Of a DNA stretch of 64,000 nucleotides, positions 19,981 to 27,343 are shown in pieces (the stretch's first letter is position 1; each line of letters opens with the position of its first letter). The position numbers and the translations under genes were made by a program. Source of the stretch: Meiothermus sp. (GTDB lineage: Bacteria > Deinococcota > Deinococci > Deinococcales > Thermaceae); the NCBI GenBank assembly GCA_033762915.1, contig JANRLD010000025.1:12488-76487 (forward strand), in the 5' to 3' direction. The notes under the pieces were generated by a model. That model made no database searches. It was not told the origin of the DNA and saw only the letters and a list, made by a program, of their open reading frames with translations.

Positions 19981-20937
19981 ATGGCCGTATACCTTCTGCG
20001 CCGCCTGATCACCGCCGTCCCGGTGATGCTGGTGGTGGTGCTGCTGGTATTCCTTTCGCTGCAGTTGGTGCCCGGCGACCCGGTGGACTTCATCATCGGG
20101 CCGGACACCCCCTACAACATTGACCGCGAGGCCTACGAGGCCCAAATCCGCCAGCAACTGGGGCTGGACAGGCCGCTCTACGAGCAGTTCCTGCGCTACG
20201 TCTGGGGGCTGGTACAGTTCGACTTCGGCACCTCCATCCGCAGCAAGCTGCCGGTCATCGAGGAGCTGATCCCGCGCTACCAGGCCACCCTCGAGCTGGC
20301 CGTCTTCGCCCTGCTGATCGCCGTGGCGGTGGGTATCCCGGCAGGGGTGATCGCCGCGATCCGCCCGAACTCCTGGCTCGACTCGTTGGTGACCACCCTG
20401 GCGCTGATGGGCATCTCGCTGCCCTCGTTCTGGTTCGGGCTGCTGCTGATGCTGCTGTTCGCCCTCCAGCTGGGCTGGCTGCCCCCCTCGGGCCGACCCA
20501 CCTCGGCCTTCACCGCCGAGGGCTTCGCCTACGTAATCATGCCCGCCGTCACCCTGGGGCTGGGCTCCGCCGGGTTGATCATGCGCCTGACCCGCTCGCA
20601 GCTCCTGGAGGTGCTGGGCGAGGACTATGTGCGCACCGCCAGGGCCAAGGGCCTGCCGCCCTCGGCGGTGGTGCTCAAGCACGCCCTGCGCAACGCCCTG
20701 CTGCCAGTGGTCACGGTGGTGGGGCTGCAGTTTGGCGAGTTGCTGGCCGGGGCGGTGATCGTGGAGACGGTCTTCTCCTACCCCGGCGTGGGAAGCTACC
20801 TGATCCAGTCGGTCTCCAACCGCGACTTCCCAGCGGTGCAGTCGGGGGTGCTGTTCGTCTCCCTCACCTTCGTGCTGGTCAACCTGCTGGTGGACGCGCT
20901 CTACTCGCTGGTCGATCCCAGGATTCGCTACGACTGA
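19981..20937 (+). CDS. Peptide/nickel ABC permease (DppB-like)
   Basis: PGDPV, LGLDRPL, DYVRTARAKGL and HALRNA motifs. Confidence 0.93.
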   Translation: MAVYLLRRLITAVPVMLVVVLLVFLSLQLVPGDPVDFIIGPDTPYNIDREAYEAQIRQQLGLDRPLYEQFLRYVWGLVQFDFGTSIRSKLPVIEELIPRYQATLELAVFALLIAVAVGIPAGVIAAIRPNSWLDSLVTTLALMGISLPSFWFGLLLMLLFALQLGWLPPSGRPTSAFTAEGFAYVIMPAVTLGLGSAGLIMRLTRSQLLEVLGEDYVRTARAKGLPPSAVVLKHALRNALLPVVTVVGLQFGELLAGAVIVETVFSYPGVGSYLIQSVSNRDFPAVQSGVLFVSLTFVLVNLLVDALYSLVDPRIRYD

Positions 20938-20947
20938 GGGGAGGCGC

Positions 20948-21796
20948 ATGAACCGGAGCAGTTTTTGGAAGAGGTTCTGGCGGCGCTGCCGCGCCAACCC
21001 CATCACCCTGGCGTCGCTGGTGGTGCTCGCACTCATCCTGCTGACCGCCGTCGTGGGTCCGCTGCTGGCCCCCTACGACCCCCTCAAGCCCGACTTCCTG
21101 GCCCTGTCCCAAGGCCCAAGCGCAAAACACTGGTTCGGCACCGACCAGCTGGGGCGAGACGTGTTCAGCCGGGTGCTGCACGGGGCTGGTTACTCCATCT
21201 CCATCGGGCTGCTCTCGGTGGCGCTGGGGCTGGTGCTGGGGGCGGTGATGGGGCTGGTGGCGGGCTTCGTGGGGGGGCGCGTGGACGCCTGGCTGATGCG
21301 GGTGGTGGACGTGCTGCTGGCCTTCCCCGGGATTTTGCTGGCCATCCTGATCGTGAGCATCTTCGGCAGCAGCTACGTCAATGTGGTGGTGGCGCTGGCC
21401 TTCTTCTCGGTGCCCACCTTTGCCCGCATCGCCCGTGCCTCCACCCTCTCGATCCGCAACCTCGACTACGTACAGGCCGCCGAAGCCCTGGGGGTCCACC
21501 CGCTGCGCATCATGTTCCGGCACATCCTGCCCAACGCCACCGCCCCGCTGGTGGTCTACTCGACGCTTCGCTGCGCCTCGGCGATCCTGGGCGGAGCCGC
21601 GCTGAGCTTCCTCGGGCTAGGGGTGGCCCCGCCCACCCCGGAGTGGGGGCTGATGATTGCCCAGGCCCGGGAGGCCCTGCGTTCCGCGCCGCACATCATG
21701 CTCTTCCCCGGCCTGGCTATCTTCCTCACCGTGCTGGCCGTCAACATCCTGGGCGACGCGCTGCGCGACGTGCTCGACCCCAAGCTAAAGACCTGA
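20948..21796 (+). CDS. Peptide/nickel ABC permease (DppC-like)
   Basis: HWFGTDQLGRD, HILPN, LSFLGLG...PEWG and GDALRD.LDP motifs. Confidence 0.93.
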   Translation: MNRSSFWKRFWRRCRANPITLASLVVLALILLTAVVGPLLAPYDPLKPDFLALSQGPSAKHWFGTDQLGRDVFSRVLHGAGYSISIGLLSVALGLVLGAVMGLVAGFVGGRVDAWLMRVVDVLLAFPGILLAILIVSIFGSSYVNVVVALAFFSVPTFARIARASTLSIRNLDYVQAAEALGVHPLRIMFRHILPNATAPLVVYSTLRCASAILGGAALSFLGLGVAPPTPEWGLMIAQAREALRSAPHIMLFPGLAIFLTVLAVNILGDALRDVLDPKLKT

Positions 21797-21871
21797 GCTT
21801 TGTTGTCGAATGTCGGACATCTAGCGCTGTGTCTGGGGCGCGGTGTTGAGGGACGTGGACGGACTGCTAGA

Positions 21872-21949
21872 GCGGTTCCCACACATACTCCTTACAGCAA
21901 AAACCGCTGTAGGGAATACATTACCTGCCGAGGTAATGGTGGAAAACGC
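21872..21949. repeat. REP/MITE-like element copy 2
   Basis: GCGGTTCCCAC...GTGGAAAACGC ends; internal ACAGCAAAAACCGCTG module. Confidence 0.7.
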
Positions 21950-22201
21950 GATCAGATGGAACGCAGGAGTGTTGGCATTGTTCTGCGTGCGGGCAATCCC
22001 TTGGGGTCGCCCGAAATCCGCGCCGTGATCGCCTTGGTATGGGGGGTACAAGGCTATGCCCGTTCGAGAGAACATCATCAACCGGGTTTTTGTGCGGGTT
22101 TTTCGTAATGCTCGAGTGAACGACTACCCACCATGGTCAGACGTATGGATGTACGTCCCTACAGGGAGCGCACACTGGTTTTTCTCTCTACGCTCTACCC
22201 T

Positions 22202-22597
22202 CTACCTCTTCGTGATCCGCTCGATCACGGCCCGCACCTTGTCGCCCGGCGCGGCGGGGCCTAAGGCCTTGGTGACGGCGCCGATGGCGGCCATTGGCGC
22301 TTTAAACTGGGCGAAGTCTATGTTGGCTTTGACCCAATCCTCTATGGCCGCCTCGTCCATCTCGGTGGGCAGGTAGCCGTTCAGAAACTCGACCTCAAAC
22401 CCGTTCTTGTTCTCCTCCGCGGTGACCTTAAGGGCCTTGAGGATTTTCACCGCGTCGGCGTCGGGTAGCGGCCTGCCGTCGCCCTTGCGGTCCATCTCGG
22501 CTTTGACTACCCTGGCGAAGTCGCGGGTAGGCACGTCACCCGCCTTCATGGCCTCGATGATGGTCTTCTTGATGCGGTCGTAGATCTCGGTGCCCAT
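22202..22597 (-). CDS. GatB/YqeY-domain protein
   Basis: IKKTIIEAMKAGD, E.EFL..YLP and MAAIG pattern; leaderless TACACT-N6-ATG. Confidence 0.8.
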   Translation of the reverse strand: MGTEIYDRIKKTIIEAMKAGDVPTRDFARVVKAEMDRKGDGRPLPDADAVKILKALKVTAEENKNGFEVEFLNGYLPTEMDEAAIEDWVKANIDFAQFKAPMAAIGAVTKALGPAAPGDKVRAVIERITKR

Positions 22598-23012
22598 GAG
22601 GACAGTGTATAAGAGTCGGGGAGTTATGGAGCAGGGCGGCGGGCAACGTGCCGCCAGCAGCCAGTATCCCTAGCCGTTGCCACTCCGAGGTCTGCGGGTT
22701 GCGCCGGGCACCGCGACGCCCTCTTCGCCCCAGAGTCCCCTGCGCTGGAGTGCGCCCGGGTCGTCTGGGCGAGGCCCGGGGACCGCCGACCTGGGCGTGA
22801 AGGACTCCTCAGCGCGTCCTGCGGCCACGCGGTATCCGGAACCTCCGCATGACCAGCCATCGGTGCGGCGAACAGCCGAGCCGGCTGTGGCCGTTGACTT
22901 CCACCTGTTAACATTCCCCCTCTCCCTGCACCCCGCCCCGGAACCGTTCCACCCCGTCGTGTCCCCTAGGCGGTATACTCTCGAGGCGATTTATGCAGAC
23001 ACGGAGGTTTAA

Positions 23013-24287
23013 ATGCCGCTAAGGAACGCCTACCGTCCGCCGGGTGAGTCGGGCATGTGGGAGAGCTTTTTGCGCCGGCTCGAGGCCAGCCTCAGGCTGG
23101 CCAAGATTCACCCGGCCACGGTTCAGTACCTGATCCACCCCAAACGCATCGTGGGTCTGTCGATCCCCATCTTGATGGACGACGGGCGGGTGCAGCACTT
23201 CCCCGGCTTCCGGGTGATCCATAACATCGGTCGCGGCCCCGCGCTGGGTGGAGTGCGCTACCACCCCGACGTGACGCTGGGCCAGACCTGCGGGATGGCA
23301 GCCTGGATGACGCTCAAGGCGGCGGTCTACGGGCTCCCCTTCGGGGGCTCGGCGGGCGGGGTGGAGGTTGACCCGGCCAAGCTCTCTCGGCGCGAACTCG
23401 AGCGGCTCTCGCGGCGCTACATCACCGAACTGATCGAGCTGATAGGCCCCGACGAAGACATTCTGGCCCCCGACGTGGGCACCACCGAGCAGGTCATGGC
23501 CTGGTTTCAGGACACCTTCACCATGTCCAAGGGCGAGACCTCGCTGAGCGCGGTGACCGGCAAGCCCGACCCTGTGGGCGGCCTGGCCGGGCCGGACGAG
23601 GGCGGCGGGCAGGGCGCGATTTACGTGCTGGCCGACCTGGCCAAGCGCAATGGGTGGAGTCTCGAGGGCGCCTCGGTCGCCATCCAGGGTTTCGGGATGG
23701 TGGGCAGCGCCGCCGCCCGCTACGCCTCGAAAGAGGGGCTGAAGGTGGTGGCGGTGTCGACCAGCCGCAGCGGCGTGTACAACCCCAGCGGCCTGGACAT
23801 CCCCGCCCTCGAGGCCCATTACGCCCAACACAAGCACCTCGAGGGATTCGAAGGGGCCAGGCCCATTGGCAACTCCGAACTCCTGACCCTGGACGTGGAC
23901 TACCTGATCCCGGCGGCAGTCGAAGCCGTGGTTACTGTGGCCAACGCCGACGCCATTAAGGCCAGGGTGATCGTGGAGGGGGCCAACGGGGCAGTCATGC
24001 CCGAGGCCGAGGAGCGCCTCAAGCTGCGCGGCGTCGAGGTGATCCCCGACGTGCTGGCCAACGGCGGCGGGCTGGTCCTGAGCTACCTCGAGTGGGTGCA
24101 AGACCTCTCGATGCTCTTTTTCGACGAGCACGAGGTGCAAAACCGCCTGCGCGGCTTCATCCACCAGACCCTCGAGGCCGTCATCGAGCGCTCCAAGACC
24201 CTGGAGAACGACCTGCGGGCCGGGGCCTATGTGCTGGCGCTCGAGCGCATCAACGAGGCCAGCCGACTGCGGGGCGTGTACCCCTGA
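23013..24287 (+). CDS. gdhA: Glutamate dehydrogenase-like regulatory subunit (Thermus GdhA type)
   Basis: GDH fold, but GPALGG and GGSAGG replace the Lys-containing GPAKGG/GGGKGG of the downstream gene; ends RGVYP. Confidence 0.85.
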   Translation: MPLRNAYRPPGESGMWESFLRRLEASLRLAKIHPATVQYLIHPKRIVGLSIPILMDDGRVQHFPGFRVIHNIGRGPALGGVRYHPDVTLGQTCGMAAWMTLKAAVYGLPFGGSAGGVEVDPAKLSRRELERLSRRYITELIELIGPDEDILAPDVGTTEQVMAWFQDTFTMSKGETSLSAVTGKPDPVGGLAGPDEGGGQGAIYVLADLAKRNGWSLEGASVAIQGFGMVGSAAARYASKEGLKVVAVSTSRSGVYNPSGLDIPALEAHYAQHKHLEGFEGARPIGNSELLTLDVDYLIPAAVEAVVTVANADAIKARVIVEGANGAVMPEAEERLKLRGVEVIPDVLANGGGLVLSYLEWVQDLSMLFFDEHEVQNRLRGFIHQTLEAVIERSKTLENDLRAGAYVLALERINEASRLRGVYP

Positions 24288-24455
24288 CGGGACCAGGAAC
24301 GGGGATCAGCGAACCAGCGATCAGCAATGCGCATCTGTTGCCCTCTTCTCCTTCTGATCCGCTGGCCCGTTCCGTTTTCACCGGTCACCCATCCGACTTC
24401 CCGTCTTAAGTTCTGTGTTGCCTGAATCCTGTTCCCCATTTCGCGGAGCGAAACC

Positions 24456-25733
24456 ATGAAATCCGAACCCCTTTCCTACCTCAGCACCGAGAACATCGGC
24501 CCCTGGGAGATTTACCTGGCCCAAGTGGACCGGGTGACGCCCTACCTGGGCAAGCTGGCCTTCTGGGTCGAAGACCTCAAGCGGCCCAAGCGCATCCTGG
24601 TGGTGGATGTGCCCATCGCCCTGGACGACGGATCGGTGGCCCACTTCGAGGGCTACCGGGTGCACCACAACACCTTTCGCGGCCCGGCCAAGGGCGGCAT
24701 CCGCTACCACCAGGACGTGACCATGTCCGAGGTGATGGCGCTGTCGGCCTGGATGACCATCAAGAACGCCGCCGTGGGGCTCCCGTACGGCGGGGGCAAG
24801 GGCGGTATCCGGGTGAACCCGTCCAAGCTCAGCCCCGGCGAAGTAGAGCGCCTCACGCGGCGCTACACCTCCGAGATCGGGCTGATCATCGGCCCAGACA
24901 AGGACATCCCCGCGCCGGATATGGGCACCGGGCCAAGGGAAATGGCCTGGATGATGGACACCTACTCCATGAACGTGGGGCGCACCGCCTCGGGCGTGGT
25001 GACCGGAAAGCCGATTGCGGTGGGGGGCTCGCTGGGCCGCCAGGACGCCACCGGGCGGGGGGTCTTTGTGACCGCCGTGGCGGCCGCCGAAAAGATCGGG
25101 CTGCCGGTAGCCGGTAGCCGGGTGGTGGTGCAGGGGTTCGGCAATGTGGGCAACGCCTCGGCCCGCATTTTCCACGACGCCGGGGCCAGGGTGGTGGCCG
25201 TATCCGACGTGAGCGGAGCCATCCGCAACGACGGCGGGATAGACCCCTACAAGCTGGTTGATTATGTCCGGCAGATGGGCGGGGTGAAAGGCTACCCCGA
25301 GGCCGAGGCCATCCCAGCTAGTGAGTTGCTCATGGTGCCGTGCGAGTTCCTGGTTCCGGCGGCCCTCGAGAAGCAAATCACCGAGAAAAACGCCTGGAAA
25401 ATCGAGGCCAGGATCATTGCCGAGGGGGCCAACGGCCCTACCACCCCCGCCGCAGACGACATCTTCGCCGAGCGCGGCATCGTGGTGATCCCCGACGTGC
25501 TGGCCAACGCGGGCGGCGTCACGGTGAGCTACTTCGAGTGGGTGCAGGACTTTAATTCCTTCTTCTGGACCGAGCAAGAGATCAACGCCCGCCTCGAGCG
25601 GCTGATGCGCCAGAGCTTCGAGGCCATCTGGCAGGTGGCCCAGGACAAGAAGGTCTCGCTGCGAACCGCCGCCTACATCGTGGCAGCCACCCGGGTGCTG
25701 GAGGCGCGGGCCCTGCGAGGCCTTTACCCCTGA
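24456..25733 (+). CDS. gdhB: Glutamate dehydrogenase catalytic subunit
   Basis: GPAKGG, GGGKGG, PAPD, QGFGNVG, EGAN and SYFEW motifs; Thermus-like N-terminus MKSEPLSYL. Confidence 0.93.
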   Translation: MKSEPLSYLSTENIGPWEIYLAQVDRVTPYLGKLAFWVEDLKRPKRILVVDVPIALDDGSVAHFEGYRVHHNTFRGPAKGGIRYHQDVTMSEVMALSAWMTIKNAAVGLPYGGGKGGIRVNPSKLSPGEVERLTRRYTSEIGLIIGPDKDIPAPDMGTGPREMAWMMDTYSMNVGRTASGVVTGKPIAVGGSLGRQDATGRGVFVTAVAAAEKIGLPVAGSRVVVQGFGNVGNASARIFHDAGARVVAVSDVSGAIRNDGGIDPYKLVDYVRQMGGVKGYPEAEAIPASELLMVPCEFLVPAALEKQITEKNAWKIEARIIAEGANGPTTPAADDIFAERGIVVIPDVLANAGGVTVSYFEWVQDFNSFFWTEQEINARLERLMRQSFEAIWQVAQDKKVSLRTAAYIVAATRVLEARALRGLYP

Positions 25734-25830
25734 GCCGCGCCCACATTATGATTGGGGTCCGTGGCTTTGGTGCACTAAAGTACGCAGTGCATTTAGACTG
25801 GCCTCGTACTGGCCTGCGGGGCAGAGATTT

Positions 25831-26514
25831 ATGGAACGATTGCTGGTAGTCGAAGACGACCCCCAACTGGCCCGCCTTATGACCTCGGTCCTCGAGCGGG
25901 AGGGTTACCGTGTTCAGTTGGCCACCAACGGGCTGGACGCCGTAGCGATGGGCCCACAGTCCGACCTGATGCTGCTGGACCTTGGCCTCCCGGGGCTTTC
26001 GGGCCTCGAGGTCATCCGCGACATGCGCTCAGGCGGCTGGAATATGCCCATCCTGGTGGTCAGCGCCCAGGGCTCGGAGGACATGCGGGTGCGGGCCCTG
26101 GAACTGGGGGCCGACGACTACTTGACCAAGCCGATGGGGATGCGCGAGATGGTGGCCCGGGTGCGGGCCCTAATCCGCCGTACCCGCCCGGCCCCCGAGA
26201 TTCAGGTGGGCGACCTCAAGATTCTGCTCAACCGCCGCCAGGTGTACAAGGGCCAGCAACTGCTGGACTTCTCGGCCACCGAGCTCGACCTGCTGATCAC
26301 CCTTGCGGCAAACCCCGGCGAGGTCTGGAGCCGCGAACGGCTCTTGAGCCGGGTCTGGGGCTCGGAGCGGGGAAGCGCGGTGGACGAGCGGGTGGTGGAC
26401 AGCTACGTGGCCCTGTTGCGGCGCAAGCTGGGCGACGACCCCAAGGCCCCCCGTTACGTGGAGACAGTCTTTGGGCAGGGCTACCGAATGGTCATCAGCC
26501 TGGGCGAGCTGTGA
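25831..26514 (+). CDS. OmpR/PhoB-family response regulator (no kinase in window)
   Basis: VVEDD, LLDLGLP, GADDYLTKP and C-terminal wHTH ETVFGQGY. Confidence 0.92.
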   Translation: MERLLVVEDDPQLARLMTSVLEREGYRVQLATNGLDAVAMGPQSDLMLLDLGLPGLSGLEVIRDMRSGGWNMPILVVSAQGSEDMRVRALELGADDYLTKPMGMREMVARVRALIRRTRPAPEIQVGDLKILLNRRQVYKGQQLLDFSATELDLLITLAANPGEVWSRERLLSRVWGSERGSAVDERVVDSYVALLRRKLGDDPKAPRYVETVFGQGYRMVISLGEL

Positions 26515-26572
26515 GGCGGGTCTGGCTCCACTCTTGGCTCGTCACCCCATACAACCTCGAGACAACTATTGA

Positions 26573-26718
26573 AGAGTTATGATAACTCTACGTCGTGCGT
26601 TACGTGTCCTTTTTACGTCCAGCGCAACTTTCTTTGCAGGTTATTACTGTAAGTGGTGCGTATAGCCGTATTTGACAAGGTAATTTAGACGACCCGTTAC
26701 GTGGTCGGTTGCTACACT
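26573..26718 (+). promoter_or_regulatory. AT-rich promoter region of the DUF11 locus
   Basis: Palindrome AGAGTTAT-G-ATAACTCT (26573-26589), TTGACA at 26672, extended -10 TG-C-TACACT at 26710-26718. Confidence 0.5.
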
Positions 26719-26779
26719 CCTCAATCGTAGAGGCGTGAGTTTCGGCATGCTGTGCCGCTACGCCCGAGGAGGAGTGGGA

Positions 26780-27292
26780 ATGAAGTGGAGACAGCTTTGG
26801 ATCATTGGTCTCAGCCTGGTGCTGGCCCTGGCATTTGCGCAGACCAGGGGGGCAGTGAAGCTCGACCTTCAGGCCTACCGGGTGCTGAGCGTGCAGGAAA
26901 ACGGCAGGTCCGTTGAGAAGCTGGAGGAGGCCCTCGAGGTACGCCCCGGCCAACTCATCGAGTACCGCCTGGCCGCCCAGAACACCAGCCAGACCGCCCT
27001 GCGCCAGGTCAGCCTGGTCATCCCGATTCCCCGCACCACCGCCTACCAGGCCCTGAGTGCGGCTCCCCTGCGGCTTGGCCAGAGCCTGGTCGCGCCTCAG
27101 TTTAGTTTTGACGGTGGAAGCGTCTACGGCTTCCCGCCGCTAAAGCGCAAAGTAACTGTGATGGAAAACGGCAAGGAGGTTCAGCGCGAGGTTGAGGTGA
27201 AGCCCGAAGAGTACACCCATGTTCGCTGGGTTCTGCCGCAGATGGCCACCCAGGAAAACGTCGTCTTGACGCTGCGGGCCACGGTTCGCTAA
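26780..27292 (+). CDS. Small secreted single DUF11-like domain protein (putative chaperone)
   Basis: Signal peptide; VRPGQLIEYRLAAQN...YTHVRW...LTLRATVR*; GAGGAGG RBS. Confidence 0.8.
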   Translation: MKWRQLWIIGLSLVLALAFAQTRGAVKLDLQAYRVLSVQENGRSVEKLEEALEVRPGQLIEYRLAAQNTSQTALRQVSLVIPIPRTTAYQALSAAPLRLGQSLVAPQFSFDGGSVYGFPPLKRKVTVMENGKEVQREVEVKPEEYTHVRWVLPQMATQENVVLTLRATVR

Positions 27293-27343
27293 ACGAACCG
27301 CATTAGGCCCTAAGCCAACGCTGTCATTGGAGGAAATTCAACC

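Noticed and set aside
21800..22200. Short ORFs in the spacer between dppC and yqeY
   Set aside because: They overlap a repeat element and lack codon bias or motifs; treated as non-coding.
26720..26779. c-di-GMP riboswitch in the fibre-locus leader
   Set aside because: Only a simple GC-rich hairpin; conserved c-di-GMP-I/II motifs not seen.
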